Shown in pieces: positions 48,982 through 58,977 of a DNA stretch of 64,000 bases. The notes beneath the pieces were generated by a model. The model made no database searches. It had not been told where the DNA came from and saw only the letters and a list, made by a program, of their open reading frames with translations. Each line of letters opens with the position of its first letter. Position 1 is the first letter of the stretch. Made by a program: the position numbers and the translations under genes. Source of the DNA: Clostridia bacterium. Its GTDB lineage: Bacteria > Bacillota > Clostridia > RGIG6154. The stretch is from NCBI GenBank assembly GCA_017409875.1, contig JAFQRW010000008.1, positions 181,390 to 245,389 on the forward strand. The letters run 5' to 3'.

Positions 48982-49501
48982 AGTCTTCTCTTAATTTTAA
49001 TATTGAATTTATTTCGTAGCCTGCAAGCTTTTCCCTGCCATCTAAACCTTCAATTTCAATAAAGAATGAAAGTGCAGTAACTTTTCCGCCGAGCTTTTCA
49101 ACAAGCTTTATTGCAGCGTCAACCGTTCCGCCGGTAGCCAAAAGGTCGTCAATTACAACTACATTCTGTCCCGGAGCAATAGCATCTTCGTGCATTTCAA
49201 CGGTATCTGTGCCATATTCTAAGCTGTAAGACTCAGATACTGTCTTATAAGGCAATTTGCCGGGCTTTCTTACTAAAGCATGGCTTTTGCCAAGCTTATA
49301 AGCTATAGCCGATGCAAACAAAAATCCTCTAGATTCTAGGCTTACAATCACATCGCAGGGAACACTTCCGATGTAATCTGCCATGGTGTCTACAACATAT
49401 TTAAAAGCTTCGGGATTCTGCAAAATTGTTGTTATGTCAAAAAACTGAATACCCTTTTTAGGGAAATCGGGAACAACTCTTAAATGCTTTTTTAAATCCA
49501 T
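48980..49501 (-). CDS. apt: adenine phosphoribosyltransferase
   Basis: 173 aa. MDLKKHLRVVPDFPKKGIQFFDITT ... VIDDLLATGGT PRPP-binding motif. Confidence 0.9.
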   Translation of the reverse strand: MDLKKHLRVVPDFPKKGIQFFDITTILQNPEAFKYVVDTMADYIGSVPCDVIVSLESRGFLFASAIAYKLGKSHALVRKPGKLPYKTVSESYSLEYGTDTVEMHEDAIAPGQNVVVIDDLLATGGTVDAAIKLVEKLGGKVTALSFFIEIEGLDGREKLAGYEINSILKLRED

Positions 49502-49516
49502 AATAATAACTCTTTC

Positions 49517-50683
49517 TTATTTGATAATTCTTACACGGATTACGCCATCAATAGAAGAAATGCTATCTGCTGCTTCTTCGTGTTCTTCTGATAAATCAAG
49601 AATTGTGTACGCATAGTCACCTTTGCTTTTATTAATCATATTGTCAACATTAACTGCCGATACAGCGTTTGTAATCTGGCTGATCATTGTTGGAACATTT
49701 TTGTGCATAACACAAATTCTCATCACACCTTCTCTCGGAGCACTGCAGTTAGGGAAGTTTACAGAGTTAGAAATGTTACCGTTTTCAAGGTAATCTCTGA
49801 TTTCTCTTGCAGCCATAACTGCGCAGTTATCTTCTGATTCTTCTGTTGAAGCGCCAAGGTGGGGGATGCAAACAATGTTTTTAACATCGATTAAGTCAGC
49901 ACTTGGGAAGTCTGTTACATATCTTGCTACTTTACCGCTTTCAAGACCTGCAATTAAAGCTTCGTTATTAACAAGCTCGTTTCTTGAGAAGTTAAGAATT
50001 CTTACGCCGTCTTTGCAAAGTGCAAGAGTTTCGTTATTGATTGTATATTTTGTGCTTGGATTAAGCGGCACATGGATTGTAATATAATCGCACTGAGCGA
50101 AAATATCATTGATGTTATTAACATGAATAATTGAACGTGATAATCCCCATGCAGCATCAACTGAAATATACGGGTCATAACCAAAAACCTGCATACCGAG
50201 ACTGTGAGCAGCGTTGGCAACCATAACACCTATAGCACCAAGACCGATAACACCGATTTTTTTGCCTGCAATTTCATGACCTGCAAACTGACCTTTTCCT
50301 TTTTCTACAAGTTTAGCGGCAGCATCGCCTTCGTTTTTTAAAGTTGAAGTCCATTTTACGCCTTCTGTAATATCTCTTGATGCAAGGAAAAGACCGCATA
50401 TAACAAGCTCTTTAACAGCATTTGCATTAGCGCCCGGAGTGTTGAATACAACAATGCCTTCTTCGGCACATCTTTCAACAGGGATGTTGTTGGTTCCTGC
50501 ACCTGCTCTTGCGATTGCTTTTAAATTATCACCAAACTGCATATCGTGCATTGCAGCGCTTCTTACTAAAATACCGTCGGGATTTTGAACATTGTCAGAA
50601 ACATTGTAATTTGTGCCAAGCTTGTCAAGCCCGATTTTTGCAATTTTATTTAAAGTTAAAATATCATACATTTTCAAATTCAC
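49517..50683 (-). CDS. serA: D-3-phosphoglycerate dehydrogenase (2-hydroxyacid dehydrogenase with C-terminal ACT domain)
   Basis: NAD-binding GLGAIG, catalytic R/E/H pattern, C-terminal ACT. Adjacent to serC. Confidence 0.8.
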   Translation of the reverse strand: MNLKMYDILTLNKIAKIGLDKLGTNYNVSDNVQNPDGILVRSAAMHDMQFGDNLKAIARAGAGTNNIPVERCAEEGIVVFNTPGANANAVKELVICGLFLASRDITEGVKWTSTLKNEGDAAAKLVEKGKGQFAGHEIAGKKIGVIGLGAIGVMVANAAHSLGMQVFGYDPYISVDAAWGLSRSIIHVNNINDIFAQCDYITIHVPLNPSTKYTINNETLALCKDGVRILNFSRNELVNNEALIAGLESGKVARYVTDFPSADLIDVKNIVCIPHLGASTEESEDNCAVMAAREIRDYLENGNISNSVNFPNCSAPREGVMRICVMHKNVPTMISQITNAVSAVNVDNMINKSKGDYAYTILDLSEEHEEAADSISSIDGVIRVRIIK

Positions 50684-50689
50684 CTCAAA

Positions 50690-51772
50690 TTATTTGTTGT
50701 CAGCTTCAAACTTCTTCATAAAGTCAACAAGAGCAACAACGCCTTCTGTTGGCATTGCGTTATAAATGCTTGCTCTCATACCGCCTACACTTCTGTGACC
50801 TTTAAGGTTTACAAAGCCGTTAGCTGTTGCTTCTTTGATAAATTTAGCGTTAAGCTCATCATCACCTGTTATGAAAGGAACGTTCATAAGTGAACGGTCT
50901 TCTTTTACAACAGTTCCTTTAAACATTGAAGACTCATCTAAAAAGTCATAAAGAATTTTAGCTTTTTCAATGTTAATCTGTTCCATCTTTTCAAGACCGC
51001 CAAGCTCTTTTAAGTATTTGAACACAAGACCGCAAACATAAATGCCATAGCAAGGAGGTGTGTTGTAAAGAGAATCGTTGTCGGCGTGGATTTGATACTT
51101 AAGCATTGTAGGAGTAATATCCATAGCATTGCCAATTAAATCGTCTCTGATGATAGCGATAGTAACGCCTGCAGGACCTACGTTTTTCTGAGCACCTGCA
51201 TAAATAAGACCGTATTTTTTAACATCAACAGGTTCAGATAAAATGCAAGATGACATATCTGTTACCAATGGAACATTTCCTGTGTCGGGAACTGTATGAT
51301 ATTTGGTGCCATAGATAGTGTTGTTTGTAGTTGTATGAACATAGTCAGCTTCGGGGTCAAACATACTCTTGTCAAGTTTTGGTATATAGTTAAATATTTT
51401 ATCTTCGCTTGAAGCAACTTTTCTTGCCTGACCGTAAAGGTTAGCTTCTGAAAAAGCTTTTTTTGACCACTGACCTGTGATTACATAGTCAGCCTTTTTG
51501 TTTTTTGTCATAAGGTTTAAAGGTACCATTGCAAACTGTGTTGAGGCACCGCCCTGTAAAAACAACACTTTGTAGTTATCAGGAATATTCATTAAGTCTC
51601 TTAAATCCTGTTCAGCAGTTTTTATGATTTCGTCATAAACTTTGGATCGATGACTCATTTCCATAACGCTCTGACCGGAGTCCTCATAATTGAGCATTTG
51701 CTCTGCGGCGATTTTTAATACTTTTTCAGGCAACATTGAGGGGCCTGCTGAAAAATTGTACACTCTTTCCAT
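50690..51772 (-). CDS. serC: 3-phosphoserine / phosphohydroxythreonine aminotransferase
   Basis: MERVYNFSAGPSMLPEKVL N-terminus diagnostic of SerC. 360 aa. Confidence 0.9.
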   Translation of the reverse strand: MERVYNFSAGPSMLPEKVLKIAAEQMLNYEDSGQSVMEMSHRSKVYDEIIKTAEQDLRDLMNIPDNYKVLFLQGGASTQFAMVPLNLMTKNKKADYVITGQWSKKAFSEANLYGQARKVASSEDKIFNYIPKLDKSMFDPEADYVHTTTNNTIYGTKYHTVPDTGNVPLVTDMSSCILSEPVDVKKYGLIYAGAQKNVGPAGVTIAIIRDDLIGNAMDITPTMLKYQIHADNDSLYNTPPCYGIYVCGLVFKYLKELGGLEKMEQINIEKAKILYDFLDESSMFKGTVVKEDRSLMNVPFITGDDELNAKFIKEATANGFVNLKGHRSVGGMRASIYNAMPTEGVVALVDFMKKFEADNK

Positions 51773-51828
51773 AGTTTTTTACTTCCTTTCAAAATGTGTT
51801 ATATTAGTATATTATAAACTATTATACT

Positions 51829-51857
51829 ATTATACACCCGATTTCTCGACAAGTCAA
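51829..51857 (-). promoter_or_regulatory. sigma-70-type promoter for serC-serA-apt
   Basis: Minus strand reads TTGACT, 17-nt spacer, TATAAT. About 55 nt upstream of the serC start. Confidence 0.5.
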
Positions 51858-51906
51858 CCATCGGTAGAAATTAAATTTTATTTAATAACTCTACTGCCGG
51901 TAGAGT

Positions 51907-52725
51907 TTAGATTTTATTTATTCTTGCATAATTAAAAAGATATTGCTGAGCATAACCTGCCAGATTACCGAATTTTTCCTGTACAAAGCGATTAATCTCG
52001 TTTGGAGTTAGAGTTTTAAATCCGTAAAGAGCAGTTAAAACTTTTTTCATCCATACGTCGGTCGGGAACACTTCAGTACGCGTAGCACCAAACAAAAGTA
52101 TGCAATCGGCAACCTTAGGTCCCACTCCCTTGATTTTTGAAATTTCTGCTCTGGCTTGGTCAATGGGTGCGTTTTTAATAACATCAATATCAAGCTGATT
52201 TAAGTAAATCTTTTGTGAGGCGTCAATTATATAGCTGTCACGGTAACCTGCTTTTAAAAAGCCAAGGTCTGATGGATTAAGACACGCCAATGTTTTTGCA
52301 TCAGGAAAAGAAAAATATCCATCGCCTAAATTTTCACCAAACTGCCTGCATAAGCTTTCTATAATGGCTTTTATTCTTGGAATATTGTTGTTTTGTGAAA
52401 TTATAAATGATATAACGGTCTCAAAAAAATCCTGTTTTAAAATTCTTATACCGCACGAACTTGAAATTGCCTCTTTTATTATGCTGTCAACATTTAAAGA
52501 ACGCATTATTTCGTTGTAGTCGGTTAAACAGTCAAAATAATCTTCCCAAACAGGGCTTTCGTCAGACAAAACAAAACCGTGGTCTTCTTTTTTAATATTA
52601 AGAACTTTCCCAAAAGCAACGCCGTTATAGCTGCCATCTTGATTTTTGTTCCACCTGAAGCATTGACCGCATTCAAATGTGTCTGTCAAATCAAACGGCG
52701 AGACATTTAAAACCAAAATTATCAC
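51907..52725 (-). CDS. HhH-GPD superfamily DNA glycosylase (8-oxoguanine glycosylase / AlkA-like N-glycosylase)
   Basis: OGG-like N-terminal domain (FDLTDTFECGQCFRW) and HhH-GPD motif (IKGVGPKVADCILLFG ... D). Confidence 0.7.
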   Translation of the reverse strand: MIILVLNVSPFDLTDTFECGQCFRWNKNQDGSYNGVAFGKVLNIKKEDHGFVLSDESPVWEDYFDCLTDYNEIMRSLNVDSIIKEAISSSCGIRILKQDFFETVISFIISQNNNIPRIKAIIESLCRQFGENLGDGYFSFPDAKTLACLNPSDLGFLKAGYRDSYIIDASQKIYLNQLDIDVIKNAPIDQARAEISKIKGVGPKVADCILLFGATRTEVFPTDVWMKKVLTALYGFKTLTPNEINRFVQEKFGNLAGYAQQYLFNYARINKI

Positions 52726-52824
52726 CTCATACTGATTTTACAACAAAATTCCCCTAAAATCAACACATAAGTTTGACAAAAAAGGCATAAATGACTATAA
52801 TTAGTGATTGAAAGGAAGGTTAAG

Positions 52825-53967
52825 ATGAGAATCAAAGAAACAGTAATATCACTTACAATGATTGTTATATGTGTCTGCCTTATTTTTGGTGCATTCAAGC
52901 TTGAAAGTATGTTTGAAGTTCCTGACACCAAAATATTAGAAGCTGATTTTGAAAGCGGTCTTAAAAACAAAGTTGACAGCGGTGTTAGCATATTAGAGTT
53001 TGGAAATATGGCACTTGAAAATAAAAGTATAGCAGGAAAAGGTGTAAAACTGAGCGGAGGACATCTTTCGCTTAACGGTTCAGGGCACACAAAACTCCGT
53101 GATGAGCTTACGTTTTCAATATGGTTTAACATATCCGATACAACACCTACTGACCCGATGCTTCTTTCAAGAGAGTCAACTTCAGGCGATGTAACTCAAG
53201 GACCGATTTCAATACATTTTTCTGATAATTATACTTATTTCAGAAGCGACATAACATTTAAACTTCAAAATTCTGAATACGGAAGCTATTCTTTTAAATC
53301 AAAAGAGCTTTTTAATCATGATACAATAAAAAATGAATGGCATAATCTTACTGTTGTTTTCGAAAAAAACATCTTGTATTATTATTACGATGGTGTACTT
53401 TCAAGTGCGGAAGTGCTGCCGGTTGAGCTTTTTGATTATATTACCATTGCAAACAACAATAAAACCTTTGAAATAGGCAAGGGAGCATGGGGTAACCTTT
53501 TAGGAATGATTGATGAGGTTGCATTTTATGATTATGCCGTTTCAAAAGATGAGGCACTTAAATTTTATAACAAGGGTGTTGAAAAATATAAAAACAAACT
53601 TGTTATGAAACTAAATAGCGATACTGCAGATTTAAACGGAGAAATTATTGAGGCACCCGGTCTGGTTGAAGAAAATGAGACAATTATGATTTCTGCGGAT
53701 TTTATAGTAAATCAAATGGGCGGAAAAATTGCTCATGACGAAACAGACGGTTACGGCAGAGCAGACATAACATTAGGAAGCGATAAAATTTCAATCTGGG
53801 TAATGGATACAAATGCAGTTATAAATAATAAATTTTCAAAACTCAGCGTATATCCGATTGTGAAAGACGAAATGGTTTATGTGCCTGTAAGATTTGTTGC
53901 CGAAGGATTAGGTGCTATGGTTTCGTGGAATGAAGAAATTGGCGAGGTAACAATTTACTTTAAATAA
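52825..53967 (+). CDS. secreted LamG/concanavalin-A-like lectin domain protein with C-terminal copper-amine-oxidase N-terminal-like domain
   Basis: Signal anchor. LTFSIWFN...LLSRES (LamG-like). The C-terminal 100 aa has VYVPVRFVAEGLGAMVSWNEEIGEVTIY, typical of the Cu_amine_oxidN1 stalk domain. ATG at 52825 after AAGGAAGG. Confidence 0.55.
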   Translation: MRIKETVISLTMIVICVCLIFGAFKLESMFEVPDTKILEADFESGLKNKVDSGVSILEFGNMALENKSIAGKGVKLSGGHLSLNGSGHTKLRDELTFSIWFNISDTTPTDPMLLSRESTSGDVTQGPISIHFSDNYTYFRSDITFKLQNSEYGSYSFKSKELFNHDTIKNEWHNLTVVFEKNILYYYYDGVLSSAEVLPVELFDYITIANNNKTFEIGKGAWGNLLGMIDEVAFYDYAVSKDEALKFYNKGVEKYKNKLVMKLNSDTADLNGEIIEAPGLVEENETIMISADFIVNQMGGKIAHDETDGYGRADITLGSDKISIWVMDTNAVINNKFSKLSVYPIVKDEMVYVPVRFVAEGLGAMVSWNEEIGEVTIYFK

Positions 53968-53998
53968 TTTCCCGGGAAATATAAAGTGGAGGACATTT

Positions 53999-54904
53999 AT
54001 GATACTCTCAACAACAACAAGACAACTTTTTTCAGAATTCGGATATCAAAAAGGAATTGAAGTTGCAAAAGAATGTGGCTTTGATGCTATAGATATCGGC
54101 TTTATGCGTGATATAATTGAAAATGAAGAGTTTTCAGAACAAAATTACGAAAAAACTTGTGACATGCTTTTAAAAGAGGTAAAAAACAGCGGTCTTTATT
54201 TTAATCAGGCTCATGCCCCGTATCCGAGTATGCGCTTTCGTAACACTCACGAAACAGCGGAAGAATATAACAAAAGAATAAAACCACATATTGTTCGTTC
54301 AATAAAAATGGCAGGTATTTTAGGTGCAAAGCAAATTGTAGTGCATCCGATAGATGCAACCTCAAGACCGGATATAAACCAAAAAGAGTTAAATTTGGAA
54401 TTTTTCAATTCTTTAGTGCCGCTGTGCAGAGAGTTTAATATAAAAATAGCTATTGAAAATATGTGGAAATACTCAAGTGAGTTTGGCAGAATTGTTGCAA
54501 ACGTATGTAGCTTTGGAAGAGAACTGGCCGACTATTTTGATGCTTTGGACGAAAGATATTTTACAGTTTGCCTTGATGTTGGACATTCAAGTCTGGTAGG
54601 TCAGCACGCACACGAGGCAATTTATGAGCTTGGAAATAAAAGACTTACTGCCCTTCATATTCATGATAATGACTTAAATAATGATTTACATACAATTCCA
54701 TATTTTGGGAAAATGGACTGGAGTGCAATAATGAAAGCGCTCGCAGACATTGCTTACAAGGGCGACTTTACCTTTGAGGTTTTGACAGACAGCTTTAAAA
54801 TAGGAAGAGGAAATAAAGAATTAACTAAAAAATATTACGAACTTTTGGCTTTAACAGGTAAAGAGCTTATAAAACAATTTGAGGAATATAAAAATGAGAT
54901 GTGA
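53999..54904 (+). CDS. sugar phosphate isomerase/epimerase (xylose isomerase-like TIM barrel)
   Basis: 301 aa. AP-endonuclease-2/XylA-like TIM-barrel pattern (VVHP ... IAIEN ... LDVGH ... HIHDN). Confidence 0.7.
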   Translation: MILSTTTRQLFSEFGYQKGIEVAKECGFDAIDIGFMRDIIENEEFSEQNYEKTCDMLLKEVKNSGLYFNQAHAPYPSMRFRNTHETAEEYNKRIKPHIVRSIKMAGILGAKQIVVHPIDATSRPDINQKELNLEFFNSLVPLCREFNIKIAIENMWKYSSEFGRIVANVCSFGRELADYFDALDERYFTVCLDVGHSSLVGQHAHEAIYELGNKRLTALHIHDNDLNNDLHTIPYFGKMDWSAIMKALADIAYKGDFTFEVLTDSFKIGRGNKELTKKYYELLALTGKELIKQFEEYKNEM

Positions 54905-54925
54905 AGTTCACATCTCATTTTTCTT
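54891..54925. terminator. bidirectional terminator (near-perfect palindrome)
   Basis: AAAAATGAGATGTGAA-g-TTCACATCTCATTTTT. Overlaps the stop codon of the + gene and follows the - gene. Confidence 0.7.
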
Positions 54926-55112
54926 CTATATTGCAATTTTTTATTGCATATTCCAAAAATGTACCTATTAACTCATTTCGGGAACGGTTTGTAATGTCAG
55001 CAATATGATCAATGCTTTCCACTATTTCGTTCTTTATACGAATAGAAAATGTTTTGTAACCATCATCGCCCTTTAAAGGTTTTTTGGTTATTTTTAAAAT
55101 ATCTTTTTTCAT
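54915..55112 (-). CDS. ribbon-helix-helix (CopG-like) small DNA-binding protein, paralog 1
   Basis: KTFSIRIKNEIVESIDHIADITNRSRNELIGTFLEYAI fits the RHH beta-strand plus two helices with an RSRNELI core. 65 aa from the internal ATG. Confidence 0.5.
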   Translation of the reverse strand: MKKDILKITKKPLKGDDGYKTFSIRIKNEIVESIDHIADITNRSRNELIGTFLEYAIKNCNIEEK

Positions 55113-55129
55113 AATAATTATCCAACATA

Positions 55130-55312
55130 TCAATTTATTTCAACATTATCAACAGAATTTTCAAGAATAATGTTGATTAATTCGTTTCTCGAACGATTGC
55201 TTTTTGAAGATAAATTGTCTATTTTTTTGAGTGTACCATCTTTAATACGAACAGATATAATTTTATATCCGTCTTCGCCCTTTTTGTTTATTTTTATAAT
55301 AGGTTTGTCCAT
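55130..55312 (-). CDS. ribbon-helix-helix (CopG-like) small DNA-binding protein, paralog 2
   Basis: KIISVRIKDGTLKKIDNLSSKSNRSRNELINIILENSV is paralogous to the downstream gene. ATG at 55312 after GAGGTG. Confidence 0.5.
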   Translation of the reverse strand: MDKPIIKINKKGEDGYKIISVRIKDGTLKKIDNLSSKSNRSRNELINIILENSVDNVEIN

Positions 55313-55429
55313 GAATATCACCTCATAGTTTAATTATAGTTTGGTTGTATTCAAAAATAAATATCATAAAAATATTCAAAATATATTCAATTTATATTGA
55401 CAGGTGTATGTGTAAATGTTATACTCAGT

Positions 55430-56056
55430 TTACGGATTGCACTTCTGACAAGGTGTTTTCCCACTGTCATACGCCTCGCTTCGTGGAACAGGGGAGGCGT
55501 TTTTGGCATACGAGCAGTTTTCTTTATGAAATTTATTGCCCGATTTGGTTATGTACACAGTATCGGAGGCATTATCTTCGGTAAGAGGCGGGGGAGTAAA
55601 TTTTTCAGGGAGTTCATATATCCTTGTTTCTGTAATCTGTGATGCTTTTTGTGGCGTTACTTCAGTTTCCACCAATTCATCATCTTTTTGGTCTTCAGAT
55701 AAAAGAATTATTTTAGCTGCAACTTCAAAAATATCATTGCTTACAATAATCTTTATCTTGTTACTTGTGACATCGCCGTTTTTTGAAGTGGCATAAACAT
55801 AAGTTTCGCCTTCGTTAATCGCACAAACATTATTCCCCTCGCAAACAGCTACAAATTCATTTTCACTTATGAGATTATAGTCAGAAAGTGTTGCAGTTTC
55901 GGGCTTGGTGCTTACACTTAAGTTTTTTGACATATCACTTTCAAGTCTTACGGTTTGTGAGTTTATATGAAGTGCTGTAACCGGTTTGTGTGGGGTACAT
56001 GAGACAACCTGCAGCAAAAAAGCGGCAATCAGGCATATAAATATTGCTTTTTTCAT
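55430..56056 (-). CDS. lipoprotein with bacterial Ig-like (Big_2-like) domain and C-terminal Cys/His-rich module
   Basis: Signal peptide with lipobox LLQVVSC. Ig-like segment. C-terminal ...TKSGNKFHKENCSYAKN...GKTPCQKCNP (putative Zn ribbon). Confidence 0.5.
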   Translation of the reverse strand: MKKAIFICLIAAFLLQVVSCTPHKPVTALHINSQTVRLESDMSKNLSVSTKPETATLSDYNLISENEFVAVCEGNNVCAINEGETYVYATSKNGDVTSNKIKIIVSNDIFEVAAKIILLSEDQKDDELVETEVTPQKASQITETRIYELPEKFTPPPLTEDNASDTVYITKSGNKFHKENCSYAKNASPVPRSEAYDSGKTPCQKCNP

Positions 56057-56058
56057 CA

Positions 56059-56087
56059 AAAATTTCCTTTCTTTTACAAAAAACAAG
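56059..56087 (+). promoter_or_regulatory. sigma-70-type promoter for ppdK
   Basis: TTTACA, 17-nt spacer, TATAAT. An AGGAGGG RBS precedes the ATG at 56218. Confidence 0.5.
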
Positions 56088-56217
56088 CCTCATTATATAT
56101 TTTTACATTTGAAAAGTCAATGCTTTTTTAAAGCAAAAAAGATTTTTAAAAGTTTTTCTTTACAAATTGGGGAAAAAAGAGTATAATAGGTCTGATAAAA
56201 TATTAGGAGGGTAACTA

Positions 56218-58848
56218 ATGAGTAAAAAATTCGTTTACTTATTCTCAGAAGGAGACGCATCAATGCGTGAACTCCTTGGTGGTAAAGGCGCAAACCTTGC
56301 TGAGATGACAAAGATCGGTCTTCCTGTTCCTCAGGGCTTTACTGTTTCAACAGAAGCTTGTACACAGTATTATGAAGATGGCCGTAAAATCAACGCTGAA
56401 ATTCAGGCAGAAATTATGGAAAATATCATAAAGATGGAAGCTATCTGCGGCAAAAAATTTGGCGACAAAGAAAATCCACTTTTGGTATCAGTTCGTTCAG
56501 GTGCAAGAGCATCAATGCCAGGTATGATGGATACAATCTTAAACCTTGGTCTTAATGAAGACGTTGTTGAAACAATGGCTGCTAAAACAGGTAATGCTCG
56601 TTGGGCATGGGACTGCTACAGAAGATTTATTCAGATGTATTCAGACGTTGTTATGGAAGTTGGTAAGAAATACTTTGAACAGCTTATCGACGAAATGAAA
56701 GAAGCTAAAGGCGTTACTCAGGATATCGAACTTGATGCTAACGATTTAAAAGAACTTGCTGCACAGTTTAAAGCAGAATATAAAAACAAAATCGGTAAAG
56801 ACTTCCCGGCTGATCCTAAAGAACAGCTTATGGGTGCTGTTGAAGCCGTTTTCCGTTCATGGGACAACCCAAGAGCAAACGTATACAGAAGAGATAACGA
56901 TATCCCTTATTCATGGGGTACAGCTGTTAACGTACAGATGATGGCATTCGGTAACATGGGTGACGATTGCGGTACAGGTGTTGCGTTTACTCGTGACCCT
57001 GCTACAGGTGAACCCGGTCTTATGGGTGAATTCCTTGTAAACGCACAGGGTGAAGACGTTGTTGCCGGTGTTCGTACTCCTATGCCAATCGCTCAGATGG
57101 CTGAAAAATTCCCAGAAGCATTCGAAGAGTTCAACAAGGTTTGCAAAATCCTTGAAGACCACTACAGAGATATGCAGGATATGGAATTTACAATCGAAAA
57201 CAAAAAGCTTTATATGCTCCAGACAAGAAACGGTAAGAGAACTGCAAAAGCTGCTCTTAAGATTGCTTGTGACTTGGTTGACGAGGGCATGATTGATAAG
57301 AAAAAAGCTGTTGCTATGATCGATCCAAGAAACCTCGATACACTTTTACATCCTCAGTTTGATGCTAAAGCATTAAAAGCTGCTACTCCTATGGGCAGAG
57401 GTCTTGGAGCTTCTCCAGGTGCAGCATGCGGTAAAATTGTATTTACAGCAGAAGATGCTGAAAGCTGGAACGCTAAGGGCGAAAAAGTTATTCTTGTTCG
57501 TTTAGAAACTTCACCTGAAGATATTACAGGTATGAAAGCTTCTCAGGGAATCTTAACCGTTCGTGGTGGTATGACTTCACACGCAGCCGTTGTTGCTCGT
57601 GGTATGGGTACTTGCTGCGTATCAGGTTGTGGCGATATCAATATGGATGAAGAAAATAAGAGATTTACATTAGCAGGCAAAACTTTTGTTGAAGGCGATG
57701 CTATTTCAATCGATGGTTCAACAGGTAACATCTACGATGGTATCATTCCTACAGTTGATGCTGAAATCGCAGGCGAATTCGGCAGAATTATGCAGTGGGC
57801 TGATGAATTCAGAACACTTCAGGTTAGAACAAATGCTGATACTCCTGCTGATGCTAAAAAAGCTCGTGAACTCGGAGCTGAAGGTATCGGTCTTTGCCGT
57901 ACAGAACATATGTTCTTTGAAGCAGACAGAATTGCTGCATTCAGAGAAATGATTTGCTCAGATACAGTTGAAGAAAGAGAAGCAGCGCTCGAAAAAATTC
58001 TTCCATATCAGCAGGGCGACTTTGAAAAACTTTATGAAGCTTTAGAAGGTAATCCTGTTACAATCAGATTCTTAGATCCTCCGCTTCATGAGTTCGTTCC
58101 TACAGAAGAAGCTGATATTGCAGCTCTTGCTAAAGCTCAGGATAAGGCAGTTGAAGATATTAAAGCTATTATTTCTTCACTCCACGAATTTAACCCAATG
58201 ATGGGTCACCGTGGCTGCCGTCTTGCAGTAACATATCCTGAAATTGCAAAAATGCAGACAAGAGCAGTTATCCGTGCTGCTATCAATGTTAAAAAAGCTC
58301 ACGCTGACTGGAATTTAGTTCCTGAAATTATGATTCCTTTAGTTGGCGATATTAAAGAACTTAAGTATGTTAAGGAAGTTGTTGTTGCTACAGCTGATGA
58401 AGAAATCGCTAAAGCAGGCGCAGACCTTAAATACGAAGTTGGTACAATGATCGAAATCCCAAGAGCGTGCCTCACTGCTGATGACATCGCTAAAGAAGCT
58501 GAATTCTTCTGCTTTGGTACAAACGACCTTACTCAGATGACATACGGTTTCTCAAGAGACGATGCTGGTAAGTTCTTAGATGCTTACTATGATGCAAAAA
58601 TCTTTGAAAATGATCCGTTTGCTAAGCTCGACCAGACAGGTGTTGGTAAGCTTATGGAAATGGCTGTTACAATGGGTAAGAAAGTTCGTCCTGAAATGCA
58701 CTGCGGTATCTGCGGTGAACACGGTGGCGACCCTGTTTCAGTTGAGTTCTGCCACAAGATTGGCTTAACTTACGTATCATGCTCACCGTTCAGAGTTCCG
58801 ATTGCTCGCCTTGCTGCTGCTCAGGCTGCAATCAACGACAAAAAATAA
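56218..58848 (+). CDS. ppdK: pyruvate, phosphate dikinase
   Basis: 876 aa, colinear PPDK signature: N-terminal ATP-grasp, central phosphohistidine domain (GGMTSHAAVVARGMG), C-terminal PEP-utilising TIM barrel. Confidence 0.95.
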   Translation: MSKKFVYLFSEGDASMRELLGGKGANLAEMTKIGLPVPQGFTVSTEACTQYYEDGRKINAEIQAEIMENIIKMEAICGKKFGDKENPLLVSVRSGARASMPGMMDTILNLGLNEDVVETMAAKTGNARWAWDCYRRFIQMYSDVVMEVGKKYFEQLIDEMKEAKGVTQDIELDANDLKELAAQFKAEYKNKIGKDFPADPKEQLMGAVEAVFRSWDNPRANVYRRDNDIPYSWGTAVNVQMMAFGNMGDDCGTGVAFTRDPATGEPGLMGEFLVNAQGEDVVAGVRTPMPIAQMAEKFPEAFEEFNKVCKILEDHYRDMQDMEFTIENKKLYMLQTRNGKRTAKAALKIACDLVDEGMIDKKKAVAMIDPRNLDTLLHPQFDAKALKAATPMGRGLGASPGAACGKIVFTAEDAESWNAKGEKVILVRLETSPEDITGMKASQGILTVRGGMTSHAAVVARGMGTCCVSGCGDINMDEENKRFTLAGKTFVEGDAISIDGSTGNIYDGIIPTVDAEIAGEFGRIMQWADEFRTLQVRTNADTPADAKKARELGAEGIGLCRTEHMFFEADRIAAFREMICSDTVEEREAALEKILPYQQGDFEKLYEALEGNPVTIRFLDPPLHEFVPTEEADIAALAKAQDKAVEDIKAIISSLHEFNPMMGHRGCRLAVTYPEIAKMQTRAVIRAAINVKKAHADWNLVPEIMIPLVGDIKELKYVKEVVVATADEEIAKAGADLKYEVGTMIEIPRACLTADDIAKEAEFFCFGTNDLTQMTYGFSRDDAGKFLDAYYDAKIFENDPFAKLDQTGVGKLMEMAVTMGKKVRPEMHCGICGEHGGDPVSVEFCHKIGLTYVSCSPFRVPIARLAAAQAAINDKK

Positions 58849-58864
58849 TAATAACGGTTATTTA

Positions 58865-58897
58865 AAGCGGAAAGCTATTTGGCTTTCCGCTTTTTAT
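58865..58897 (+). terminator. rho-independent terminator after ppdK
   Basis: AAAGCGGAAAGC-tatttg-GCTTTCCGCTTT then TTAT. Confidence 0.8.
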
Positions 58898-58977
58898 ATG
58901 TAAAAAAATGGAATTTGACAAAGATTATTTTAAGTGGTAGAATAAATGTGAGTTATGTAGGAAAAGAAGGGTGAATA

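Noticed and set aside
55345-55642. Two plus-strand ORFs (79 and 81 aa) overlapping the lipoprotein gene.
   Set aside because: They are antisense to a gene with a convincing signal peptide/lipobox and have Cys/Arg-rich odd composition. Only the promoter at their 5' end is kept, as a possible antisense RNA start.
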